64,000 bases of DNA from Neocallimastix sp. 'constans' (Eukaryota): assembly GCA_050613775.1 (NCBI GenBank), contig JBODTK010000130.1, positions 1 through 64,000 on the forward strand, in the 5' to 3' direction. Position numbers and translations under genes: made by a program. The notes under the pieces are model-generated. The model did no database searches, was not told where the DNA came from, and saw only the letters and a list, made by a program, of their open reading frames with translations. Of the stretch, positions 10,754-23,964 are shown one piece after another (the first letter of the stretch is position 1; the number at the start of each line of letters is the position of its first letter).

Positions 10754-11666
10754 TGATAAATAACAAAATTATTAAATTAAAATAAATAATAAAGAACAAA
10801 TTCTTGTCTAACTTAACCCAAAAATTAATCCATTCTAAAAAAAAAATTAAATCCATATTTAATAAAAATTAATTAAATAAAAATAATTAAAATAAAATAA
10901 TAATAAATTAATTAATCATTAATAATTTTAATTAAAAACTAAAATAAATTAATAAATAATATTTTTCTAAGACTACAAATAAACAAAATAATAAACATAT
11001 TTAATAAATTATAAACAACAAATAAACAAACTTATAAACAACGCAAAATTAAAATTAACTAGTTAAATAATTTTTTAAGTTACTTTTATTTAAAATAATG
11101 ATTATTTTATTTATTTCATAACTCAACTTTTATAAACAAATTGTAATTAAAATAACATTTTAAAACTCATCTTTATCAACATTTTAATTGTAAATATTGT
11201 TTAATTTAATAATAAATTATTCTTTATTTCTCTTTTATTAATTTTATTATTTTTAATGTAAATAGTTTAAAATCAAAGAAAAATATAAAAACATGTAAAT
11301 ATTTCTTATAAATTATTCTTTATTATTAATTAGTTAATAAATTATTATAAATATTCTATTAGTTATTAATAATCAATTTTATTATTAAAATTAAAATAAA
11401 TTAGTTTAAATAATAAATATTTCATTTTATTATTTTATTAGTTTTTAACAATTATTTTATTAATTTAAACAAAATTAATTATTAAATAAATAAAGATTAA
11501 TATTAAAATAAAAATAAATTTTTTTTAATAAAACATTTTTGTGTTTAATAATAAAACATATTTATTTTTTTTAAATTCCTTAAATCAATTTTTATTCAGT
11601 ATTTATCCTTTTATTCACTTCTGCAAAATTTAATTTTTGTAGATTAAGAATATTAGGTATAAATCA
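10754..11666. mobile_element. Solo LTR-B
   Basis: TGAT...ATCA termini flanked by TTTT on both sides; shares an internal block (GTAAATATTTCTT..AATTATTCTT) with LTR-E. Confidence 0.6.
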
Positions 11667-11670
11667 TTTT

Positions 11671-12697
11671 TGATAAAGAATGCCCAAATAATGTTCTTTT
11701 GGTTATTCATCTTAAATGATTTATTTAACCCTTAAACAAATTATTTGATTCTTTATTCTTTTGGAACTTTCTATATTCTAATAAATTAATCTATATTCCT
11801 AATTAGTACAAATTAAATTATACTAATTAAAAAAGTATATTTAATATTAATTCCTTATCTATGCTACCTTTATTATTCTTATCTATACTTTATTATTATT
11901 AAAATCCTTATCAATATTATATAGTTTATTTTATCAATTTTCTTTATAGTTTATCAAAATCTTATCAATATTTCTTTTATTAATATTAAACTTATCAATA
12001 TTAAATATTTCTTTGGAAAATTCCAAATTAAAAATTGTATTAATGATTACTAATGAAAAATTAAACATAAAAGAAAATAGTTATATTATTATTATATGTT
12101 TTATTATAAATATTATATTATAAATTTGATGAAATGATTATAAATTTTATATTAACAATTTAAATAATATTATTTTTCTAAACTTAGTAAAATTAAACTT
12201 TAGGATTAAATAAATATTACTAAACCACAGAATTAACTTCTGTAAAATAAAAAAATTTGTCTTTTAAAATATATAATTAAGTAGATTAGTAATAAATAAT
12301 TAGTAATAGATTAATATATAAGTATTATTTATTATAAGTTAAATAATAATTATATTAATAATAAAAAAAATAATATAAAATATTTAATAATTATTTTTTA
12401 TTATACAAAGAAATGGCTTTATCATTTCTATTATTTTAAGAAAAAAAAAAATATAAATAACAGTAAAAAAAAAAAAAAAAAAAAATTGTATTTTTTTATA
12501 TGTTGTAATTTTAACATTGTAATTTTTAAATAAAAAAAAAATTAATAAAAGGATTATAAAAAATAAAATTTTAAAAAGTTATCTTATTTATTTATTTATT
12601 TTTTTGTTTATATTAATCTTTTATTTTTATTTTTATTATTGTTTTAATTTTATTTATAAATTTTGAATAATTTTTATAAAAACCCCGAACCAAACCA
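11671..12697 (+). mobile_element. Solo LTR-C
   Basis: TGATAAAGAATG...CCCCGAACCAAACCA; shares motifs with the 3' LTR of element 3 (GAACTTTCT, AAGAAATGGCTT..CATTTCTA, terminal CCCGAACC). Confidence 0.72.
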
Positions 12698-12700
12698 TTT

Positions 12701-15223
12701 TGATAAAGTATGGTATATATCTTGTTTCCCATCTTTATCTAATATACTAAATAAAATTATTTATAAGAAAATAATTAAATTCATTCAATAGAAATAAATT
12801 TATTTTATAACCTTTTATGTTATTAATTATTTATTATAAAAACTTATAATACTAATTCTTAAGGTAATTAGTAAACCTCTACTAAACTTATCTAATTTTA
12901 CAGGCTAATTAGTAACCTTTAAACATTCTTTTTATTATTATCTAATTTTACTGGACAATTAGTAACATTTTGTTAAATAAATATTTTATATTCCTATTTA
13001 TATTTGTTATCTAAATTAAAGTAATCTTTATAAATAATAATTTTTACTAAAGTATTTAACATTTCTAAACAATTACATTTACAAGTTATTTTTATAATTT
13101 TATTAATATAAATTTTTTACTATTTAACTATTTAATAATTTTATACTTATAATCTATATAACTTTAATATATTTATTTTAATTTATTATTATTTAAAGTT
13201 TCATTCTATATCATTTTTTGTGTAAGAATCTATAATTATTTTTAACAAAATAATTATATTTTCTTAGTTTGTCACGAATACTAGTGAATTTGAAGTTAAA
13301 ATTCACTATTAGATCAATTGAAATTTAATTTAGTTATTGACAAAAATTATTTTAATTCGATTTTAATTATAAAAATAAATATTAGAAACATTAAAGAATT
13401 AGAAACCAAAGGGTTTGGACTTATTTATTAAAGATAATTTAATTTAATTTAACCCTTTAGAATTTGATAAAAATAACATGAAGAAAAACAACGATAACTC
13501 AACAAATAATGAAAATATTATATTAATATTCCCGCTAAAATTATATCCACTGGAAAGCTACGGTCGAGAACTACAACATATGTTAAAATCAACCTTATTG
13601 GACAACTAGATAACGAGATATTGGACTTTAAAGATATTTAAATATAAAAATATAATTTAATTATTTAATTAAGACCCTAAATTATTAATTAAGAAATTTA
13701 TATTAGATAAATCTCTTAACTTGAAAATTATATTATTAATTTTTATTATTAATTAAAAATACAGAATTAGTTATTAGTAATAGTTTTATAATATTTTAAA
13801 TAAGTTTTATAAGTTTTATATATTTAAGGAATTATTTATCATTCTAAAGATTTCCGAAAGAGAATTATTAATTAGTTTTAATATTTTATTTTATTTTATT
13901 TTATTTTATTTTATATTAAATTAGTTTTATTATTAAATTGTTTTATGAATAATTATATAGTTATTTTATTAAAAGATTCTTATCAATATTATTTTATTAT
14001 TATATTTTATATAGTTTATATACATGTATGAATATATTAAGATTAAAATGTATTAATTAATTATATTGTTAATTATTATTTTAGTTTAGTATAAAAAGGA
14101 TTTGAAATTCCATATTTGAATTCTTTGTATGATTATTAATTTAATGTGTTAACTTAAAGTTAATGAATTAATTATAGCAATAAATAATTTTTTATATTAA
14201 TCTTAGTTAATTTTATTATTAAAATATATATTAAATAAAGTTCTAATAAAACATAAATCTTAAATATTGAAATCTTAATTATAAAACTCTGTGTGTGCTA
14301 TTTATTATTTAAATTTAATTAAATTGTTAAAATTAATAAAAACATCTTGACCTGACCAATTTAACCCAAACTAGGAAAAATTTAACTAAAATCTTACCTA
14401 TCTACCTACAAAAAACTTTTACATACTTTAGAATCCATTATATTGTTCTTTACTTAATAATACTTTACTATATTTTCTATACTAAATTATTTTATAAATA
14501 TAATTTTTTTATATTTTTATTAAAAGTTTCTAAAATATTATCAATAATTCTATATTTTTATTATTAATATCAATATCTATAATTTAACCTTAATTTTATT
14601 ATTTTATTAAAGTGTTTATTATCAATATTAATATTTTATTTTTATTTTCAAATATATTATTATATTATTATTATATTGTATCAATATTAAACTTGTATTC
14701 TTTTTAGTATTTTTATTTTATTTTTAAATTGATTATTTAATATTTTTATTCCCCACAAATAAAATCAAATCTTAATTGATTAATAATAAATATTAAATAT
14801 ATTGTAGTTTTTAAATTTATTTTATATAAAATATTAGAATATTATATTAATATTCTTGATTAAAATAATTTTATTTTTTTTATTTTTCTGTAAAATTTTT
14901 TTAAATTTTGTTTGTTTCTTTTTCGTATATATTAAATAATTTAGTTTTAGTATATGAAAAATAATATAAAATTATATAAACAAAATTTATTAAAATAAAA
15001 ATACTTATGAATTAGTTAATTTAAATTAATATAAAATTTGAAGTAATTAGTAATAGTAAATTATTTTTTTTTTAAATATGATAATAAAATGTAGAAAGGC
15101 TTTACATATTTATTTTTTTCAAAAAGTATAAATAAGTGAAGTTTTTCAATAATTAAAATGTAGACAGAAAAATATTAAAAATAAATAATTAATAAAATTT
15201 CTAATAAAACCCGAACCATAACA
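12701..15223 (+). mobile_element. Solo LTR-D, probably carrying a nested LTR-like insert (~13270-14350)
   Basis: TGATAAAGTATGG...CCCGAACCATAACA. The inner segment starts TGTCACG and has motifs like LTR-A (GAAGCTAC, AATACAGAATTA, GTATAAAA). Inner right end and TSD are unresolved. Confidence 0.55.
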
Positions 15224-15226
15224 TTT

Positions 15227-16242
15227 TGATGAAGAATGAAATTATAAAATCAAATATTATAATAAAATTTATTTAAAAATTAAATTTTAACCTTAAATAA
15301 GATTAAATTATCTGAACCTTAAATAATTCTACTTTAATAAAATTAAAACTAAAAATCAATCATGATCTTCTAGAAAAATTGTGTTTCTAGAAAAAAGAAA
15401 AATATTATAATAACTTTAAAAGATAACTTTTAATAATCTTGTTTTTATCAACGATATGATTTCTTTTTTTCTTTATTGCTATTCTTTTATTTCTTTATTA
15501 TTCCTTTATTTCTATAATAAAATATAATTATTCTTTTATTTCTTTTAATATAAAAAAATATTTATTCTTTTATTTCTTTTCTTACTAAAATTATAAATAC
15601 CTTAAATTCGTGTAAAAATATAAATACTTGTAAATATTTCTTTTAATTATTCTTCGTTGTTATTAAATTATTAAATTAATAAAATAATAAATAATAACCA
15701 AAATAAATAAATAAAATAAATTAGATAATTATTTAATAAAAATTAATAAAGATAAATAATAATTATTTTACGTTATAATTAAATAAAAAAATAAAATGAA
15801 ATAGTTTAATAAAATTATAAATTTTAGCTATAATTTAGAATAGTTTAATAATATTAGAATAGATTAATAATAAAAATAATTTATTCTTTAAAATTATTAT
15901 AATAAATAATTAATAATTAATAAAAACTTATTTTATATAAAATTATTATAAATAAAGTTAATAATAAAAATCTAATAGTAAAAATTTAATAAAATATGAA
16001 AATTGATAATTCATTTAGTGTATAATTAAATAATTATTAATTTAATTAATAAAAATAATTTATTATTATTAGAATAGTTATTAAACTAGGAAATAATAAT
16101 AAATAATAACGAATAATAATAAGTAATAATAAATAATCATAGATAACAATTAATAAATAATAAGGTATAAAATACTTTCGATAAGCAATTACCACTTTTA
16201 GGTTATTTCTAAATAAATTAAGGTAATTGTTACATTTTATCA
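15227..16242. mobile_element. Solo LTR-E
   Basis: Imperfect TIR TGATGAAGAATG / CATTTTATCA; internal similarity to LTR-B. Confidence 0.6.
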
Positions 16243-16244
16243 TT

Positions 16245-16594
16245 TGAAAAAGAACAAAACAATTATTAAATAGTAATAATTTTCATAATATATTATAAAT
16301 ATTCCAATTATAATTATTATTGATTCCTTATTAAACTAAACTTTCCTATATTCTTCCTTCATGGAAATTCTGAAATATTGATGGTAAATATTATTATTTT
16401 TCTAAATGTTTCTAAAAGATTTCTATATTAAGAATCCCTTAAATAAATTCTATAAATTTTTAGAAAATTCTAAATAATTAAAATAAAAATATTGGTTAAT
16501 TATTAATATATATATATAAAAAAAAAAGATTTTTTTTATTTATTCAGAATAAATTAGTAATAAATATATTATATATTTTAATTATTACGAATTG

Positions 16595-16628
<34 letters not shown>

Positions 16629-17240
16629 TTCCACTAATAAAATTTAAACTTATTAGTAATGACTTTCTAATGTTTTCGAAAAGATTTTATCATATTTATT
16701 CAATTATACTCTTAATAAATATAATATATATTGAATAATTATTAAAATCAATTTCAAAAATCCTAATTTTAATTCAAACTCTTTTTTTTTATTGAGGCTT
16801 TACAATTAAAAATAAAATTGAAAAAGTATAAATAGACCTATGTCTATTCGATAAAAAAAAAGTAGAGTCTTTCCTTAGATTATAATAATACTATTAACAA
16901 TATTAAAATAATAAAAATAATATTAATAATAAGAATATTTTTTTTAGTTTAGTTTTAAATAGTTTAGTTTTAATAGTTATTTAATTAAATTTTTAGTTAT
17001 AATAGTTTAGTTAATATTAGTTTAGTGCATAGTTTAATAAATAGTTTCATTTAGTTATAAAAAAAATATTTTGTTTAATAAATAGTTGTAATAATTAATT
17101 TAATTATTAGTTAAAAAAAATAACAAATAAACAAATAAACAAATAAACAAATAAATAAATTAATAAATAAATAAAAATAAAAAAAATAACAAAATAAATT
17201 GTTTTTATTGTAATCCTTTTATTTCTTATATAACCGAACA
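16245..17240 (+). repeat. 5' LTR of element 2 (LTR-F)
   Basis: TGAAAAAGAAC...AACCGAACA; direct repeat of 23018-24119. Confidence 0.92.
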
Positions 17241-17247
17241 TTAGAAA

Positions 17248-17266
17248 TGGTGAAGATATCGGGGAT
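17248..17266 (+). other. Primer-binding site, tRNA-Ala-like
   Basis: TGGTGAAGATATCGGGGAT, 7 nt after the LTR; resembles, with mismatches, the complement of eukaryotic tRNA-Ala 3' ends as I recall them (TGGTGGAGATGCCGGGGAT). Confidence 0.65.
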
Positions 17267-17486
17267 ATAAGAAATAAAAGTAAGGAAAGATAAATATTAT
17301 AAAAAGAAAAAAATTTTTTTTGTTAATTATAACAATAAAAAAAAAATTTTTAAAATTTTAGTTTATTAATTGTGATATATAAAATTTAAAATTCTTATAA
17401 TTAATGATTACTATATACTTATATAGTATTTCACAACGGTATACTGAGTAGAGGTTGCGTTTAAAAATATAAAAATAATTAAATAA

Positions 17487-17690
17487 TAGAGAGTAGAATA
17501 GGGAAGCCTCTTGTAGAAGCGAGAGAGTAAAGGGTTTTAGAATAAGATTATAAATTACCAGTAAGTTGGATATTGAAAAAGCCGTAAATTCCATGTTTCA
17601 ATTGGTAGGCACAATAAAAAACTTTATTTATAATTGACGGTTCTAAGATCGAGGTTGAAAATCGTAAAGAGACGACCTGCGGGTTTCGAA
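17487..17690 (+). promoter_or_regulatory. Conserved, probably structured 5' leader motif of element 2
   Basis: Homologous to 591-790; stems CTCTTGT/GCGAGAG, TACCA/TGGTA, ATTGAAA/TTTCAAT. Confidence 0.6.
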
Positions 17691-18019
17691 TATTTTATTT
17701 AATTATAATATATGCAAATGAAATAATAAAAAAAAAAAAAATAAAAAAATAAAAAAAAAAAATTATTTTTGATTCTTAGATATATAATTAGCAGTTGGGA
17801 ATAACTGGATTATATATATATTATATTTCTTAATTTTAATTATAGACTGTCGAAAGGATCTCGAGTCTACAATAGGAGGAATAGACTGTCAAAAGGATTT
17901 TTGAGTCTAAAAATTTAATTTATATTATTTTATAAAATCAATAATAATTACTCTATATAAAAAAGTAAATTTTTTTTATTAAGTTGGAATATTTATTAAT
18001 ACATTTTTTATTATCAAAG

Positions 18020-18943
18020 ATGACTAACCAGGAAATCGATTTCAAATCTTTGAAGAAGGAACTCAAAGATATTGAAAAATTAACCAAGGATAACTTAGAT
18101 ATTAAGACTTGGACCTCAGAAATACAATTATGGATTGAGCTTGAAGAAGTTACTAATCCAAAGAAAATATTTATTGCATGCGTTTTAACATCTACGGGTG
18201 AACCGAGGAAGGTAATTCAAGAATTGAAGAATAATTTGGATAATTACGATAGTGATGATGAAGACGAAGATAATGAGGAAAGTAACAATGAAAGTAACGA
18301 CGAAAATGATACTTCTTATCCTACATTCTCAGAGATTATTGATGCATTAGAGGCGTTTTACGGCATTAAGGAAGATCAGAATTTATTAGTAAGAGAAATC
18401 CGTTCCCTAAGAATAAAACGTAATGAAAAAGTGAAAGATTTTAACACACGCTTTAGATCTTTATACTTGAAACTAGACAAGAAGCATAAGAAGCAAGTAA
18501 GTGTTTTAGATTACATGTATTCTTTAAGAAACAATGAAGAAGCATGGAAAAGATGGAAAAGAGTCTCCTTACAAAATGATATTTCTTTAAAACAAGCTTA
18601 TGAAGCAGCTGAAAAGGTAGATAGATTAATGATTAACCAAACCAGATTTACAAATCAAGAGAATTACCATCGAAGCAATTATAATAGTAATAATACTTTC
18701 AAACGTAATTCTCCCTCTATACCTTATAATAAGAAATTAGACTCTGAAGAACTAAAGAAAACTAATGTAGATGTTGAAAGGGAAAATCTTACTAGTAAAA
18801 TGAAACATTTAACTATTAAAACTTGTTTCTATTGTGAAGAAAAAGGTTATTACAGTAATCATTGTCCTAAACTTCAGTCCATTATTCAAGAAAACAAAAG
18901 AAAGTACTTCAACTAAAACCACAATATTCCTTTAAATCAATAG
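18020..18943 (+). pseudogene. gag: gag of element 2 (probable premature TAA at 18914; degenerate zinc knuckle)
   Basis: ATG 18020; similar to gag of element 1 (RSLRIKRNEKVKDFN vs KSLKIQKGESIKDFN); CFYCEEKGYYSNHC. Past the TAA the frame continues to the slippery site and TAG 18941-18943. Confidence 0.8.
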
Positions 18944-21900
18944 TCGGGAGTAGAAGCACTCCCAGAACAAAAAAACTAGCTTCAATTCAATTTCACCCTA
19001 ATAAAGAGATTTCCTTCCCAGATGTTCTAACAGTAAATAAAATTGGTAGTAAGGAAGAAACGAACTCAGAAAACAATAATAGAAGTTGTAATACTAATAG
19101 TCTTTATGAAATAAACCATGACCCAGATGAGGAAGAAAATCTCAATGAAGCCAATTTTACTGTGGCGGCTGCAAAAAGAAAAATAGAAAAAGTAGATGAT
19201 ACTATAGAAAACTATGAAAATCGTGAATACAAAAGTTTGAAAAATAATCCTAGACCAATAGCAAACCCGCACTTCGAAAGAAGAGAGAAAGAGAATTGGA
19301 AATAAATCCCCCAAAACCAGCTGAAAAGCAACTACATACTTCCTTTATAGCCCAACCTAGAAATAGTAAAGAAAAGGCCAAGGCTAAAGAAGCTCGTGAT
19401 AAAGAGAGAGGAAGTATAAGCATTGAACCAAAAATCAAATCTAATGCAAAATCTACAAATAAAGAAGAAACAACCCCAATAATAAATATAGATGACGACC
19501 TAGAGGACTTAGAAAACCTCAAAGAAATAGAAACAATTGAAAAGTTAATGGAAGAAGGAAATACGGAAAAGAAAATCTCCACCCCTAAAGTTAAACGGAA
19601 AATTCAAATGTTAGAGGATCAAGAAGAATATGATGTCTTAAAAGATTTAAATAATATAAGATGCAACATCACATTCGGACAATTAATAAATTCTTCACCC
19701 CAAATTAGATCTCAAGTTTCTCAGGGGCTAAAGTTAGTTAAGAAAGATAAAATAGCGGGAGCAGTAAAAATATTACTGCCATGACAGTCATGGTCAATAA
19801 CGTAGACCACTCTTACAAAAGCAATAGAAAGGAAATCCAAGAGGATGATATTGCCATGGTTGACTGCACAGTTGAAGGCATTAAAGGTAAACTTTTAATC
19901 GACTCTTGTAGTAATCTAAATATAATAACTCGAAAATATTTAGACAAAATTCCAAGAAACTTTGAACCAATTGGTATAAGCTGTGGTCTCATCCGTCTTT
20001 CTACTAACAATGATGAGTACTCAGAGAGTGTCATAATTAGAGTACCTATTCGAATTAACAATATTACTATGACTGTAAATTGTCGAATTGTAGAAAAAGA
20101 AGATCCATTCTATGATGTTTTAATAAATCTTAAAACACAAGCTGTTCATAGATTATTCATACATCCTGTATTAAACAGTCTTTGTAGATTCTCAACTAAA
20201 GGACTCATTGAAAAGATTGCATAGTTAAATAATGATTTTGAAGACGAACCAAAACTTTTATGTTCAGTAACAAAAATTGACGATAAAGAAGAAGTTAATA
20301 TTAAAGCAAAGTTAAAAACCATTGAAGATTGAAGGATTACCTCCCTTAGATTATATACATAATGATATTTTTAAAAATACTCTGAATAAAGACTTTCAAG
20401 ACAAAATTCTTAAATTATTGGAGGATAACATAGAAATTGTTGCGACTTCCTCAGAAGAATTAACACCATCAGATTTGACTCCCCATAAAATTGAATTAAA
20501 AGAAGGAACTAAACCGGTTAAGCAGAAGAGTTATAAGTTAACAAAATTTAAATCTGATATTCTGAAAGAATTACTGATTGACCTAATTGAGAGGAAATTA
20601 ATTGAACCCTCTCATTCAACTTGGAGTTCTCCAGTAGTATTGGTTCCAAAACCAAATGGAAAATGGAGATTATGTGTAGATTACAGAAAAGTTAACGAAG
20701 CCACTGAAAAAGACTCTTACGCATTACCTTATATCGATGAAATACTTGATAGTCTACAAGGCGCAAAAATTTTTACTACCATGCATCTTTACTCTGGTTA
20801 CCATCAGATATTAATGAATGATGAAAGTGTAGAGATCACTACCTTTACTACTAAATTCGGAAATTATCAATTCAAAGTCATGCCTTTTGGTCTCACGAAC
20901 GCTCCAGCTACTTTTCAACGTGAGATGAATCAAATTCTTTTCCCCTTAATAGGTGCATGTGTATACAATTTTATCGATGACGTACTGATATATTCTAAAA
21001 GTGTTGAAGAACATCTTACCCATATCCAACAAGCCCTTGAAATTTTTCGTAAACACAAATTGAAAATCAATATAGAAAAATGCCAATTCTTTAGGACAGA
21101 AGTAGAAGTACTAGGTCATAAACTATCTACTAAATGATTGAGTCCAATGGAAAGTAAAATAGAAGCTATTAAAAAGTGGAATCCTCCCACTAATATTAAC
21201 GAACTAAGGTCATTCTTAGGGACAGTCGGTTACTACCAAAAATTCATTTTTAACTATTCTAAAATAACAGCTCCTTTATGTAAACTTTTACGTAAGAACA
21301 TAAAGTATGTCTGGAATGACGAACAACAAGTATGTTTTGAAAAGCTGAAAGAATGTTTAATAAATGCACCTATCCTTAATTTCCTGATTTTAGTAAACCC
21401 TTTATTATCAGAACAGATGCCTCCTATGATGGACTCGGAGGAGTATTACTTCAAAAGGATGAAATCACTGGTAAAGAACATCCTGCTCATTTTATAAGTC
21501 GTACCTTATCGAAGTCAGAGAAAAATTATGGAATAACAGACTTGGAAGGTTTAACTTTATACTTCGCTTTAGAAAAGTTAAAATCATACATTATGGGAAA
21601 TCCGCACACTACCATAATTTATACTGATTATAGACCTTTACTTGGGCTTTTTAAGAACAAGGAACCGAAGAATGCTCGACAAACGAGATGGTGTTTAACA
21701 GCAAGTTCCTTAGGTGTTGGTATTCGTTACGAACCTGGAAAAAAGAATGTCTTAGCAGATGCATTGTCTCGAATGAAATGTGAAAAGGATAAGAAATTGC
21801 TAGCCATGAAAGTTACTCAAGAAAACGATGAAACATTATTGTCTAAAGTAATTAAAGACTTTATATCGGAAAAATTTACCACTATTGACGGTGAAGACTA

Positions 21901-22994
21901 TTTTGTAGACGGAAATACTTATAGGAAATTGGTCACTGATACAGCCGAAAAAGTTAAACTGATTTTGGCAGCTCATGACATTGGTCATGAAGGCTATTAC
22001 AAAAATACCATAGGCTAAAGAAAATCTATTACTGGAACAATATGATAATCGATGTCAAAAGAATAATTGGTAAGTGTGAAAAATGCCAGCTCAACAGGAC
22101 CGCAACCCTATCCTGATCCTACAGAAGATACTCCAACTAAAGTAGAAGGATCTTTTGTACATTTAGGATTAGACATTATAGGGTCCGCTTGTGAAAACTA
22201 AGAATAATAAACAGTTTATCTTAGTAGTTGTTGACTACTTTACGAAGTGGGTTGAAGCGGAAGCTACTGAAACTATTACTTCCCAAGATGTGATTAAATT
22301 TCTCATAAATGTGTTCGCCCGACATGGTGTTCCGCAAATCATCACTACTGATAATGGGGTGCATTTTACCTCTGACATGACTAAAGTTTTTCTAGATTTA
22401 TATGATGTCTACGTAAAATTTGTTTCTATCTATCATTCAGAATCAAACGGCTTAACCGAAAATAGGAATAAAGAAATAGGTAAATTACTTCGATTGCTAG
22501 GAGAAAAGAATAAAGACTGGGATGAGATGTTACTTTCTGCGTTATTGGCCCTCAGAACAACAAAAAACTCAGTTACCAACTACTCTAGCTTTGAACTAGT
22601 ATACGGAAGAGAAGATCAGCAACCATTCGACATTGCGGCTAGACAAACAAAAGACCTATATAAATCTTCGAATGAAGTATTGCTGGAAAAATTTGTTTCA
22701 CATTACAGATGGGTTTTGGAAGCTGCCGAGAATAGTAAAAACGCAAGTAAATACTGGGCAACTAGGAGAGAAGAAAAGAATAGCCTAAATCAAGGAAAAA
22801 GAATAGCTGTTGGCGATTTAGTACTAGTTCGAAATTTTAACCGCACAAAGCTTGAATCATATTTCGTAGGTCCTTTAAAAGTCATTAAGAAACAATATAA
22901 TACCTTAACTTTAGCCGATCCAAATACCGGAATCCAATTAAATAGAAATATCCATTTGAAGAATATAGTAAAGTATAATTCAGCCTCCATTTAG
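18931..22994 (+). pseudogene. pol: pol of element 2, broken by several frameshifts and stops
   Basis: Collinear fragments: LIDSCS (PR), WRLCVDYRK/MPFGLTNAPATFQ/FIDD (RT), NVLADALSR (RH), VDYFTKWVEA/TDNG/GPL (IN). Confidence 0.92.
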
Positions 22995-23017
22995 CCTGAA
23001 TTTATGCGAGGGCATCT

Positions 23018-23929
23018 TGAAAAAGAACAAAATAATAATTATTAAATTGTAATAATTTTCATAATATATTACAAATATTCCAATTATAATTATTATTGAT
23101 TCCTTATTAAACTAAACTTTCCTATATTCTTCCTTCATGGAAATTCTAAAATATTGATAGTAAATATTATTATATTTCTAAAAGTTTCTAAAAGATTTCT
23201 ATATTAAGAATCCCTTAAATAAATTCTATAAATTTTTAGAAAATTCTAAATAATTAAAATAAAAATATTGGTTAATTATTAATATATATATATATATAAA
23301 AAAAAAATTTTTTTTTATTTATTCAGAATAAATTAGTAATAAATATATTATATATTTTAATTATTACGAATTGAAAAAAAAAAAAAAAAAAAAAAAAATT
23401 TTATTCCACTAATAAAATTTAAACTTATTAGTAATGAATTTCTAATGTTTTCGAAAAGATTTTATCATATTTATTCAATTATACTCTTAATAAATATAAT
23501 ATATATTGAATAATTATTAAAATCAATTTCAAAAATCCTAATTTTAATTCAAACTCTTTTTTTTTATTGAGGCTTTACAATTAAAAATAAAATTGAAAAA
23601 GTATAAATAGACCTATGTCTATTCGATAAAAAAAAGTAGAGTCTTTCCTTAGATTATAATAATACTATTAACAATATTAAAATAATAAAAATAATATTAA
23701 TAATAAGAATAATTTTTTTAGTTTAGTTTTAAATAGTTTAGTTTTAAATAGTTTAGTTTTAAATAGTTTAGTTTTAAATAGTTTAGTTTTAAATAGTTTA
23801 GTTTTAAATAGTTTAGTTTTAATAGTTAGTTATTTAATTAAATTTTTTAGTTATAATAATTTAGTTAATATTATTAAGTAATTTATTTAGTTTAGTGCAT
23901 AGTTTAATAAATAGTTTCATTTAGTTATA

Positions 23930-23964
<35 letters not shown>

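Noticed and set aside
18914..18916. Programmed stop readthrough at the end of element 2 gag
   Set aside because: The element has many other disabling mutations and its relatives have no stop before the slippery site; a nonsense mutation is simpler.
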